A stretch of 64,000 nt of DNA from an uncultured Desulfurococcales archaeon. Its GTDB lineage: Archaea > Thermoproteota > Thermoprotei_A > EX4484-217-1. The notes under the pieces are model-generated. The model did no database searches and was not told where the DNA came from. It saw only the letters and a list, made by a program, of their open reading frames with translations. Both the position numbers and the translations under genes were made by a program. The stretch covers positions 585-64,584 of the forward strand of contig CAZLZO010000006.1 of the NCBI GenBank assembly GCA_964564025.1, in the 5' to 3' direction. Within the stretch, counting starts at the first letter, position 1; the number at the start of each line of letters is the position of its first letter. Below are positions 1 to 8,961 of this stretch, piece by piece.

Positions 1-144
1 CTTAGTTAAAATATTGACTGTGGTTAGTACGGTTTTTGTCATAATTCTCCTAGCTTCATCATGTAGAAATCCTTTAGGTGAAGTGTGTAGTGGAGAAACT
101 ATTCCCGGCAAACCCTCCATATCAACTGAAACATAGGCTTTCAA
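1..144 (-). CDS. dppA: D-aminopeptidase, M55/DppA family (N-terminal part, runs off the window edge)
   Basis: Manual minus-strand translation from TTG at 144 gives MKAYVSVDMEGLPGIVS...HDEARRIMT, the DMEG motif of M55; GGTGA SD upstream. Not in ORF track. Confidence 0.85.
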   Translation of the reverse strand, partial: MKAYVSVDMEGLPGIVSPLHTSPKGFLHDEARRIMTKTVLTTVNILTK

Positions 145-214
145 AAATTCTTCACCACAAAACAATACTCAGAATTACTAATATTGTTACCGTTTGTTTA
201 AAGAATATGGTATG

Positions 215-475
215 TTAAAGTTCTTCCTCATAATATTCTACGGGTTCGACATGTAGCTTCTTCCTTGCTATAACATCTATTTCGTCTCCCTTAGCTTCTC
301 TATAATGTTTATGTTCAAGTTCAACTATTTTCTCGTAAGCTTCCTTAATTTTCTCAGGTTCAACGTAAAGCACGTTTCCCATGTCGTCTTCTAAGAAAAC
401 AGCGTACCTTTTCCTTTTATGGTCTGGAACAACATGTATGCATGGTGGTTTTTCGCACTCATACTTTTCGGACAT
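215..475 (-). CDS. hypothetical protein (86 aa)
   Basis: ORF track; GGAGG SD just upstream. Confidence 0.8.
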   Translation of the reverse strand: MSEKYECEKPPCIHVVPDHKRKRYAVFLEDDMGNVLYVEPEKIKEAYEKIVELEHKHYREAKGDEIDVIARKKLHVEPVEYYEEEL

Positions 476-496
476 AACATTTTAGCCTCCTAAAAA

Positions 497-554
497 GGGT
501 CAGTTCGCGGTAATGACATCATCTTTGTCTCTGGGGGGCAAGTGTCATCATTCC
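497..554 (-). ncRNA. C/D box guide sRNA, predicted target 16S rRNA helix 18
   Basis: Minus strand: C AUGAUGA (551-545), guide CACUUGCCCCC, D' CAGA (533-530), C' AUGAUGU (522-516), guide CAUUACCGCGAA, D CUGA (503-500); TATA-like CTTAAATA about 25 nt upstream. Confidence 0.9.
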
Positions 555-646
555 GTGTTTTCCTCGGTAAAGTTAGTATTTAAGTTTGGTGGGTTAAGAT
601 TTATTTTCCTGAAACATAAACTAATGTACAATAGTGAATAATTGCT

Positions 647-2134
647 ATGTGTAAAGTCACTGTTTACACTAATGCTGAAATATACACTCTTGACCCTGAA
701 AACCCTAGGGTTGATAGTTTAGCTGTAGGATGCGGTGAAATAGTTGATGTTGGAGTATCTCTTGAAAACAAGTATTTAGGCGCTAAAGTTATTGATTTAA
801 AGGGAGCTACAGTAACACCGGGATTCATTGACACCCATTTACATTTGAAATGGCTAGCTCTCCATAAGCAATGGATTGACCTTTCAAATGTGAAGAGTTT
901 AGAAGAACTTAAAAATGCTTTGAAGAAATCAAGTGGAGAATGGGTTATTGGAAGAGGTTTTAATGAGAAAAAATTTCCAGAAGTCAAGTTACCTACACGG
1001 GCAGATCTCGACGAAGCTGTTCCCGATAAGCCCGTTTTGGCAATAAGGGTTTGCGGCCACGTAGGTGTCGCTAACACTATTTTACTTAAAAAGGTTGGTT
1101 TATGGGATAAACCGAAAACTGTTGATGGGGTTGAAGTTAATAGTGAAGGCAAGCCTACAGGGGTTCTTAAAGAGGGGGCTTTAGAATATGTTCTTTCCAA
1201 AATTCCTAAGCCTCCTTTAGAGTTGTATGTTAAGTTCATGGAGGAAACGTTGAAAGAACTTGTTGCGAAAGGTCTCACCACAGTTGCTTCAATGAATGTA
1301 GATCCTTTAGAATTCTATGTTCTTCAACATTCCAAAATTCCCTTAAGGGTCAGGGTGTTTTTTGACATAAAATATTTTGGCTTACTTTCTAAATTGAAAA
1401 TTAGAGGATGTTTTGGAAGTGAAGCATTAAGAATTTCCGGAGTGAAAATAATAGGTGATGGAAGTTTTGGCGGTAGAACAGCTGCTCTCAGGCGTAACTA
1501 TGTTGGAACAGAAAGTAAGGGTAAACTGCTAATATCGCATGAATTCTTGGAGAAAGTAGTTAGAGAAGCAAAACAGCTTAATATGCTCGTAGCTGTTCAC
1601 GCAATAGGTGATAGGGCTATTGAGGAAGTTTTGAAAATAGACTCTAAGCTTTTAGAGAATGTGCGTATAGAGCATTGCAGTTTAACACCACCGGACATAG
1701 TTGAAGAGTTAGCTGAGAGAAAAGTGTTTGCTATTTCCGTACAGCCTCGTTTCAGAATTTCTGATAAGTGGTTACCTAAGGTTATAGGTGAGGATAGTAA
1801 ATGGGCATATCTTTTCTACACATTATCTAAGAAGGGGATTTTGGTTTCATTTTCATCCGATGCTCCTGTTGAACCCTATGATCCTTTAATTAATATTGAA
1901 GCTGCGATAAGCGAGGAAGGTGTGGGTGAACGTGTACCGCTAAGTGAGGCACTTAAAATGTACACTAAAAACGGTTGTTTAGCCCTTAACGAAAAGAATA
2001 GGGGAGTTCTGAAGAAGGGTTATAGAGCAGATTTCGTAATTCTCGATAAGAATATTTTTAAGAAAAAACCTAGTGAGGCAAAAGTAGTTGCCACGGTTAT
2101 TGAAGGAGACATTGTTTACGGAAAAGCTCTATAA
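647..2134 (+). CDS. metal-dependent amidohydrolase (Amidohydro_3, YtcJ-like)
   Basis: PGFIDTHLH, VHAIGDRA, RIEHCS, SSDAP and G.LKKG..ADFVILD motifs. Confidence 0.9.
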   Translation: MCKVTVYTNAEIYTLDPENPRVDSLAVGCGEIVDVGVSLENKYLGAKVIDLKGATVTPGFIDTHLHLKWLALHKQWIDLSNVKSLEELKNALKKSSGEWVIGRGFNEKKFPEVKLPTRADLDEAVPDKPVLAIRVCGHVGVANTILLKKVGLWDKPKTVDGVEVNSEGKPTGVLKEGALEYVLSKIPKPPLELYVKFMEETLKELVAKGLTTVASMNVDPLEFYVLQHSKIPLRVRVFFDIKYFGLLSKLKIRGCFGSEALRISGVKIIGDGSFGGRTAALRRNYVGTESKGKLLISHEFLEKVVREAKQLNMLVAVHAIGDRAIEEVLKIDSKLLENVRIEHCSLTPPDIVEELAERKVFAISVQPRFRISDKWLPKVIGEDSKWAYLFYTLSKKGILVSFSSDAPVEPYDPLINIEAAISEEGVGERVPLSEALKMYTKNGCLALNEKNRGVLKKGYRADFVILDKNIFKKKPSEAKVVATVIEGDIVYGKAL

Positions 2135-3353
2135 GCTCATACCGTTAATTGTTTTAATAGTTTTAGCACTTTACCTCTTATACTCAGGCTTTATTACTGT
2201 AAATAAGAGTGAAACTTATGTTAGTGATGAAATATACTATGTTACAGCCGCTAAGAATATTGGAATAAGAATTTTCAACATAAACGTTACTAAAATACCT
2301 TATCCTGAATATAAGGGAATAGATTTTAGTGAGAATTTAAATTTAGAACACCCCCCTTTAGCTAAGTACTTAATGTTCTTTTCAATGCTCATATTTGGGG
2401 ATAACCCGTTTGCTTGGAGAATACCTGGAGTTATACTTCACATTTTAACTATGATTTCAATATACTATGCTGTAAAAAAGCTAGCTAATGAAGCTTCAGC
2501 TATTGTTGCAGTGTTTATAGTGGCTTTCGACCCTATACTAAAGAATTTAGGCTACATAGCTATGCTAGATATTTATGTGGCATTCTTTCTAGCAGCATCT
2601 TTTACAGCCTTAGTTTATCGAAAAAGCTTATTAGCTTACGCCATTTTCGGATTAGCTTTAGCTTCTAAATACACTGCTCTTTTCGCTTTACCTGCATTTT
2701 TGTTAATAACTTATTTTGAAGAAAGAAAGTTAAGAAGACTCCCTATGTACATTATAGTTACTGCATTAACCTACGTCGCTGTTTGGACACCGTTTATAAA
2801 ATATTTCTCTATGAAGGAAGGTAGTATTTACGGGGGTTTATTAAGGGTTTATGAAGAACACTTATCTGCTATGCGATGGCATCTTTCAAGTAAGGGAGGG
2901 CACTCCTACTCTTCACCGCCATGGGGTTGGCTATTTAACTACAAAGTATGGCCAATTTATGGTGGACTATCTGTTCACTCAAATATTTACATAAACACTG
3001 TTTTCATAATACTTCCCCTAATCTACGCTTTATTTGGAAGAGATGTTGAAACTAGAAGATATTATCCGTATTTCTGGTTTATTTCCTCCTTTATAGGCTT
3101 CATGACAATATATATGCTGGGTTCGACAACACAATTCATATTTTACTCTTCAACATATGAGCCAGCCATAGCAGCCGGCATAGGTGCTTTACTTATACCT
3201 TCACTTGACAGCTTAATAGAAAAAATAGAGGAAAGACTTCATCGTGGTAGGAGGGGACATTCTCAGATGAATGTAAATCACTATGTAATATTGGGTTTAA
3301 GCCAGCTATTTCTAATGAAACTATTGAAGCTTAAATCATCCATAGCATTTTAG
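2112..3353 (+). CDS. GT-C membrane glycosyltransferase (PMT/ArnT-like protein mannosyltransferase)
   Basis: SDE.YY, EHPPLAKY, AWRIP, LDIY, ASKY and HSYSSPPWGW motifs; many TM segments. The TTG at 2112 after GAAGGAG is a more likely start than 2088. Confidence 0.85.
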   Translation: MFTEKLYKLIPLIVLIVLALYLLYSGFITVNKSETYVSDEIYYVTAAKNIGIRIFNINVTKIPYPEYKGIDFSENLNLEHPPLAKYLMFFSMLIFGDNPFAWRIPGVILHILTMISIYYAVKKLANEASAIVAVFIVAFDPILKNLGYIAMLDIYVAFFLAASFTALVYRKSLLAYAIFGLALASKYTALFALPAFLLITYFEERKLRRLPMYIIVTALTYVAVWTPFIKYFSMKEGSIYGGLLRVYEEHLSAMRWHLSSKGGHSYSSPPWGWLFNYKVWPIYGGLSVHSNIYINTVFIILPLIYALFGRDVETRRYYPYFWFISSFIGFMTIYMLGSTTQFIFYSSTYEPAIAAGIGALLIPSLDSLIEKIEERLHRGRRGHSQMNVNHYVILGLSQLFLMKLLKLKSSIAF

Positions 3354-3629
3354 TCTAAACTATACCTACTTTATTAAGCTACCAGGGTTTTAATATCCTG
3401 TTTTTACTGAACCGAGATTAACATGATTTTAGTAATATGTCATTTTAAACCAGTAATATTGTAAATATATACAGTTTTTCACATCATTACGGTATATTAT
3501 AGTATTGTCCCTTCTCCTACCACTCTGCCATGTATATATTTCTCCCCCTATCTAATATTCTTTCCTACAATTGCCGAGAAACCATTATATTTTCTAGAAC
3601 ATACCTTACTTAAACAGGTATGAGATGTA

Positions 3630-4946
3630 ATGAAGCCAAATGTAGCAGAATACGGCATTTACTCGTTAAAAAACGCCGTAGCTAAATGCGAAGTTGAAAA
3701 CATAGATACATTAAGGTTTGAAGGCTTCCTTAAGGCTCTTTTAAGAGAATGCAAAATAGTTCATGCACCATTCTTGCATGGTTCATGTAAGATCATAGTT
3801 GATGGTGAAGAATTTTTCATAAATGATTTCTCCAACATAGAATACTATATTAAACCTTACGATAAACTTGTGTTTAAAGAAACAGCGTATGATAAGGAGC
3901 TTCAGCAAATAAGAAGGTCTCTAAAAAATAGTTTAGAAAAAAGCATTAAGAATGTTTTAAAGTACCATGGTGAAAACAGAGCATTCTATTTGACGTTAAC
4001 TCCTTGGGAGTTCAGCATTATTCATTTCAAACCTTTGCAAAACCTAATAGTTAAAACATCATTAAGACCTTTAGGAATTTATAGTAAAATATGTTCTAAG
4101 GAAATAAAGGTTAAAAGAAAATTTGAAGAAGAAAAAGTGAATGACATAGAAGTTTATGTTAAGAATAATAGTTTAAGGATGGAGAGAAAGGGATTAACAA
4201 TAAAAGTTCCCATAAACGATGCTTTAAAGGCTTTGGTAAGTGACGATAGAAATTTCTTCGGAATAAAAACTGTGCATGGAAGAAAAATATATGGTCTTAT
4301 GGAAGGATTCGTTGTCTTCGAAGGTTTTGAAAAATTAATTCTTAACTTAGACTTTAACGGTGGAACACTATGGACACATTCATTTCTAACAACCCTTCAA
4401 AGGGAGTTAGAGTTTGATGAAGAATTAATAACTCACATACCCCTATGGTTAACGTACTGTTCGAAAACTCATGGAATAAGCATTTATACTGAACCCCCAG
4501 GGATTGCTGTAATAAGAGGAAATGCTTTGGAAATAGAAGGTTCTCAAAAAATATTTGTGAAACTTCATAGGGGATGTTGGGAACGTAGCGGCATTGACTC
4601 ATTAAGTATTGCTGTTAATCTCCCAGTAGAGAAAGTACAAATGTCTCTAAGCGTTAATGAATTTAAGATAGTTGAAATTCAGCCGAAACATGTTATGGCT
4701 ACAGAGGTAGCTTTCAACAAGAATTCCTTCGAAATAGTGCTTCATAATTTCTTAAGAGAAAATATTATTGCTAGAATTAGGGTGCCTTGGAAAATAATTG
4801 ATGCTGAAAAAAGATCTCCCATTAGAAATGTTTTCTTAGGGAAGATAGATTATGACTACAATATAGCCTATGTTCCCTTAGCACCTAACGAATATGTTAA
4901 GGTGTTTTTCAAAATAACTCTAACTCCCTTTGCCTTTAAATTTTAG
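3630..4946 (+). CDS. hypothetical protein; C-terminus resembles the GH38 alpha-mannosidase C-terminal beta-domains
   Basis: Pattern FEIVLHNF...IIDAEK...VPLAPNEYVKV resembles GH38 C-termini; no catalytic domain recognised. Confidence 0.45.
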   Translation: MKPNVAEYGIYSLKNAVAKCEVENIDTLRFEGFLKALLRECKIVHAPFLHGSCKIIVDGEEFFINDFSNIEYYIKPYDKLVFKETAYDKELQQIRRSLKNSLEKSIKNVLKYHGENRAFYLTLTPWEFSIIHFKPLQNLIVKTSLRPLGIYSKICSKEIKVKRKFEEEKVNDIEVYVKNNSLRMERKGLTIKVPINDALKALVSDDRNFFGIKTVHGRKIYGLMEGFVVFEGFEKLILNLDFNGGTLWTHSFLTTLQRELEFDEELITHIPLWLTYCSKTHGISIYTEPPGIAVIRGNALEIEGSQKIFVKLHRGCWERSGIDSLSIAVNLPVEKVQMSLSVNEFKIVEIQPKHVMATEVAFNKNSFEIVLHNFLRENIIARIRVPWKIIDAEKRSPIRNVFLGKIDYDYNIAYVPLAPNEYVKVFFKITLTPFAFKF

Positions 4947-4957
4947 ATTCGGCAATT

Positions 4958-6139
4958 TTAAATAAACACTTTTCTCGTGTTCTTAACTAACTCATTAACT
5001 AGCTCGTCTATTTCCACTGTTTCTTCCAATTCCGAAATAACACTTATATCGGCATGAGCTGCTGCCTTATATCCTCTAAAAACAGGTGAAGCTTTGCACT
5101 CAACAGCTGCTTTTGATGATATATTGTATGTTCCTATTTTCCTAGCTATCTTTACTATTTCCTCTTTATCTAAGCCTATTAGCGGCCTTAGAATCGGGAA
5201 TTTTAAATCATAACCTATTGCAAACATGTTATCTAGTGTTTGTGAAGCAACTTGCCCTAAACTTTCACCTGTAATTACAGCTTTTGCTTCCTCCTTTATG
5301 GCAAGTTTTATTGCGGTCTTAAGCATTGTTCTCTTACAAGCTAAGCAAACTAATTGAGGCTTAACTTTTTTAACCATTTCGTTTAATGCTTTCTCATAAT
5401 TTACTTCGTAAAAGTAGAATTCTTTTTCAGGAACCCACTTTCTCAAAATTTCCATTACCTTATGTGCTTTTTCTACAGCTTCTTCTGAAGTAAATTTTCC
5501 ACTATTAAAATACACTGGTATGACCTTTACACCACGCTTCATAATTAACCATGTAGCTACTGGGGAATCTATGCCTCCTGAAACCAAAGAGATAGCTTTC
5601 CCTTCAACACCGTAAGGTAACCCTCCTACACCTTCAAGGACTTCGTGAAATATGTATGTTTTTCTTGACCTAACTTCAACGTAAATTGTTATGTTAGGTG
5701 ATGTTAAATTAACTCTAATGTTTCTTCCTTTAAGGGCTTCTAAAACGTCTGCTCCTAAAATTCTTTCTAAATCTTTGCTTTTAACTGGAAACTTCTTAAC
5801 TCTTCTAGCTCTAATAGCGAAAGTCATGTTATCCTTTAGTACTTTCCTAGAATATTCAATAACGGCTTCTCTAATACTGTCTAGTTTTGTTTGAACTTCT
5901 ACTGCAGGACTTGTTGAAACTACGCCGAAGATGTTAGAAACTATTTTCGCTATTTCGTAAGCGTTTTCAACATTTCGTACAAATATTCTTCCAGAAATAA
6001 GTTTTATTTCACCATATTTCACATTATTCCTGTCTAAGATGAACTTAATGTGTTCTAAAAGTCTTCTTTCCATAAAGCTTCTAACATAGGGTGTTTTTAA
6101 TGCTACTTCGCCATACCTTACTAGCACTACCTTATCCAC
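4958..6139 (-). CDS. thiI: tRNA 4-thiouridine synthase ThiI (THUMP + PP-loop, no rhodanese domain)
   Basis: VRYGEVALK, THUMP, GGLPYG, SGGIDS, TGESLGQVASQT, LRPLIG.DKEEI. Confidence 0.95.
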   Translation of the reverse strand: MDKVVLVRYGEVALKTPYVRSFMERRLLEHIKFILDRNNVKYGEIKLISGRIFVRNVENAYEIAKIVSNIFGVVSTSPAVEVQTKLDSIREAVIEYSRKVLKDNMTFAIRARRVKKFPVKSKDLERILGADVLEALKGRNIRVNLTSPNITIYVEVRSRKTYIFHEVLEGVGGLPYGVEGKAISLVSGGIDSPVATWLIMKRGVKVIPVYFNSGKFTSEEAVEKAHKVMEILRKWVPEKEFYFYEVNYEKALNEMVKKVKPQLVCLACKRTMLKTAIKLAIKEEAKAVITGESLGQVASQTLDNMFAIGYDLKFPILRPLIGLDKEEIVKIARKIGTYNISSKAAVECKASPVFRGYKAAAHADISVISELEETVEIDELVNELVKNTRKVFI

Positions 6140-6165
6140 TTCTATTTCCCATCAAAAAAAGCTTT

Positions 6166-6528
6166 CTACTTTAACTTAAAACTCCATACACTGCTGGATT
6201 TTTTAATAAGTGTTCTACATATAGTACATATTATTTCAGCACATTCAATGCTTGCGCATTTTTGGGAAGCTATTTTATCAGCTAAGAGCATTATTAAGTT
6301 ATAGGCTAGCTCATTTTCTCTCAATTCAGAAAAGGTATCTGTACCCCTTTTACCTAAGAGATAGTTTGAAACAGCAGCTGGCGTTATTCCCAGTATTTTT
6401 GCTGTTTCATATATTGTGAAACCATACTTCTTAACTAAAGCCTCAGCTATCATAGCCCTTATTGTAGGCATCAATTTTTTAGCTACTATTTCGCATGGCA
6501 TCTCTAATCTCTCAAGAACATTACTCAT
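6166..6528 (-). CDS. HTH transcriptional regulator (COG2522-like)
   Basis: PCE...K..MP.IRA..A..L, HTH with TPAAVSNYL, C-terminal C..C. Confidence 0.8.
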   Translation of the reverse strand: MSNVLERLEMPCEIVAKKLMPTIRAMIAEALVKKYGFTIYETAKILGITPAAVSNYLLGKRGTDTFSELRENELAYNLIMLLADKIASQKCASIECAEIICTICRTLIKKSSSVWSFKLK

Positions 6529-6575
6529 AACTATTCCCCTTTTGCTGATACATACTTAGAAAGCAAAAATAAATC

Positions 6576-6590
6576 TTTAACGCCGTTAAA
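6576..6590. promoter_or_regulatory. perfect palindrome TTTAACG-C-CGTTAAA, candidate operator
   Basis: 7-1-7 inverted repeat 48 bp upstream of the HTH regulator start. Confidence 0.45.
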
Positions 6591-6651
6591 TTTATGGTAT
6601 TCTCAAACCCTACAAAAACCTATATATCCGAGGTTCCACTTTAAAATAAAA

Positions 6652-6713
6652 TGTCCGATGAGGAATTACTCCCGGACCGAACAATAAATGGGGTTAACTT
6701 ACCCAACCGAGGT
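6652..6713 (+). ncRNA. C/D box guide sRNA, predicted target 23S rRNA H69/H71
   Basis: C CGAUGA (6656-6661), guide GGAAUUACUCCCGGA, D' CCGA (6677-6680), C'-like AUGGGG (6688-6693), guide UUAACUUACCCAA, D CCGA (6707-6710); TATA-like TATATA at about 6621. Confidence 0.75.
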
Positions 6714-6753
6714 TTATTTCTCAGCTTAAACTTAAATACTGGGGCGTACCGTA

Positions 6754-7629
6754 TTGATGATTATTGGTAATTTGACGTTAGATGAAATAGTTATGAAAAC
6801 AAAGAACAAGGTTTATAAGGGCGTTTTAGGGGGTCCTCCAGCCTATTCATCTAAACCTCTTTACAGCATTTTCAAGGTAAAACCTAAAATTTACACTACT
6901 GTTGGTAAAGATTTTCCTGAAAAATATGAGAATGAACTGAAAACTATAAGTAAACTCTTTATTTATAAAGTGGAGGAACCTACAACAAAGTTCAAGCTTG
7001 TTGAAGGGAATGGACGTAAACTCTTTATGCTAAGTTTCTCCGGTGAAATAAGAGACGTTGATTTTAATGTTGACAGCGTTTACATGTTTTCTCCAGTGTA
7101 TAGGGAGGTGCGGTTTGATTACTTAAAGAAAGCTCATACCTTAGGCTTGGTTTCTCTTGATCCTCAAGGATTTCTTAGAGAAGTTAATGAGGAAGGCGAA
7201 GTTACACTTAACTTTAATAGTGAATTACTTAAACACTTAAAATATATTGATATATTCAGAACTTCTTTAGATGAATTCTCAGTTTTAAGCAGAGGCGTCT
7301 CTATACGTAATTTCCTGGAGAAAACTATTAAATCAGGATGTGAGGTTTCAGTAGTAACGTCTTCAACTAAAATCTATGCTTTAAAGGAAAATACTTACTA
7401 TGAATATCCAGCATACACTAATGTTCGTGTAGAATCTACAACGGGAGCTGGCGATGTTTTTACATCTATTTTCACATACGTATACTCTAGAAGCAATGAT
7501 GTTGAAAAAGCATTAATTTACGCTATTGTAGCATCAAGCTTCACTGTTGAAACTGTAGGGCCTAGAGTTATTGATGAAGGAAAATTTTATGTAAGACTTA
7601 AAAACTACATGGAATTTTTAGGGTATTAG
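6754..7629 (+). CDS. PfkB/ribokinase-family carbohydrate kinase
   Basis: LGGPPAY, DPQGFLR, STTGAGDVF motifs. Confidence 0.9.
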   Translation: MMIIGNLTLDEIVMKTKNKVYKGVLGGPPAYSSKPLYSIFKVKPKIYTTVGKDFPEKYENELKTISKLFIYKVEEPTTKFKLVEGNGRKLFMLSFSGEIRDVDFNVDSVYMFSPVYREVRFDYLKKAHTLGLVSLDPQGFLREVNEEGEVTLNFNSELLKHLKYIDIFRTSLDEFSVLSRGVSIRNFLEKTIKSGCEVSVVTSSTKIYALKENTYYEYPAYTNVRVESTTGAGDVFTSIFTYVYSRSNDVEKALIYAIVASSFTVETVGPRVIDEGKFYVRLKNYMEFLGY

Positions 7630-8361
7630 CTAGTATTTCTCAAAATAGTGGAAGCGTTTTACACCCATTTTCTCTGGATGGAAGGGTAAGTTAATTTCAG
7701 GCTTTTGATGTTTAAGGATAGCTTTTAAAAGCATATCCTCCCTAGGTATACCAACAAATTCTACGTTCCCATTAATAGCTATGGTCGGTACTGCTGTAAC
7801 TCCGTAAAAATCGGCTATATCAGAGTTCTCTAATGCTTCAATAGTATCTGCTATTATTTTGCCTTTACTGGCAAAAGCAAACATGTTTGCTTCAAGAGCT
7901 GCATATGGGCAGTAAGGGCAAGTGGGTGTAACTATTACTTCAACATACGCTTTTCCTGTTAATTTAGTCTTCAACTCAGCTATTATTTGTGGGTTTAAGC
8001 CTGTGTCTTCTGTTGAAAGCCTTATTATTGTTTCAACAAGTCCTCTAACTTCCTCTCCTGCTGGTACTCCGGTGTATCTAATGTATCCGTTATAAAGTAG
8101 TACTGATGGAACCCTATTAACAAAGTATTTTTCGAAAGTTTTCTCATCTTTCTCTTTCCAAAATATTTTCACTATAACTTTTCCTTCCGATGTTTCCTTA
8201 AGAAGTTCGCAAAGATCAATTGCTGTTTCACAGTATTCGCACTCAGGGTCTTTAGAAACAAACACTAAACATTCAACATTATTCACCATATCCTTAAATG
8301 CTTCTCTTAGTGCCTCCCTAGTGTCTTCATCAACTTCTAGAACCATCACATTTCTCCTCAA
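7630..8361 (-). CDS. protein disulfide oxidoreductase (PDO, two thioredoxin folds)
   Basis: CEYC and CPYC motifs, RY.GVPAGEE, V.AVP.I. Confidence 0.92.
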   Translation of the reverse strand: MRRNVMVLEVDEDTREALREAFKDMVNNVECLVFVSKDPECEYCETAIDLCELLKETSEGKVIVKIFWKEKDEKTFEKYFVNRVPSVLLYNGYIRYTGVPAGEEVRGLVETIIRLSTEDTGLNPQIIAELKTKLTGKAYVEVIVTPTCPYCPYAALEANMFAFASKGKIIADTIEALENSDIADFYGVTAVPTIAINGNVEFVGIPREDMLLKAILKHQKPEINLPFHPEKMGVKRFHYFEKY

Positions 8362-8429
8362 ACTCTTAGTTTCTTTGCAAAAATTACTTAGTAGCTCTTT
8401 TAATCTCTTTCGCCATTAGAAATGTTAAA

Positions 8430-8951
8430 TTAGTATTCTATACCTTTTTTAGCTGCTACTCCTTTGTCAAAATAATGTTTAATCTTCTTCATTTCAGTAA
8501 CTAAGTCTGCTAGATTAACAATTTCTTTAGGGGCTTTTCTTCCAGTAAGTACTATTTCGGCTCCCACTTTTTCCGCTGCCTCTATAAGCTTAAACGCTTT
8601 CTCTAAGGGGACAATCTTATAAGCTAAAACAACATTTAATTCATCAAGTATTATTAGTTCAGGTTTGAAAATATTTATTACTTTTAAAACTTTATCTAAG
8701 CCTTTACTTATTATTTCAACAACATCTTTGGGAGGAGACTTTAGGTTTATGAGGCGTTTAGGCCCTATTTGAATATATTTTACGGGAAATCCTTGTGACT
8801 CCAAATATTCAAAAAGCGTACTTTCCCCGGTTTCCCGGCCTTTTAGCAATTGTACGATGAGTACTTTTTTTCTCCACCCTAGAGCTCTAATAGCTAATCC
8901 TAATGCAGCTGTAGTTTTGCCTTTTCCATTGCCTGTATATACGTGTAACAT
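8430..8951 (-). CDS. cobO: cob(I)alamin adenosyltransferase (CobO/BtuR type)
   Basis: VYTGNGKGKTTAALG, ILDEL, TGR.AP, ADLVTEM..IKHYF..G..A.KGIEY. Confidence 0.93.
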   Translation of the reverse strand: MLHVYTGNGKGKTTAALGLAIRALGWRKKVLIVQLLKGRETGESTLFEYLESQGFPVKYIQIGPKRLINLKSPPKDVVEIISKGLDKVLKVINIFKPELIILDELNVVLAYKIVPLEKAFKLIEAAEKVGAEIVLTGRKAPKEIVNLADLVTEMKKIKHYFDKGVAAKKGIEY

Positions 8952-8961
8952 TTAACTTTCC

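Noticed and set aside
664-1281. Long antisense ORFs in the track (e.g. 664-1281, 9887-10264, 19419-19964, 21988-22446, 44424-44849, 58587-59024)
   Set aside because: They lie fully opposite well-supported genes, have Ser/Thr/Leu-rich antisense composition and show no motifs; treated as shadow ORFs
3354-3629. Possible missed gene or frameshifted 5' part of the GH38-like ORF
   Set aside because: The minus-strand frames I translated are stop-rich, the ORF track shows nothing on either strand, and no GH38 catalytic motifs were seen
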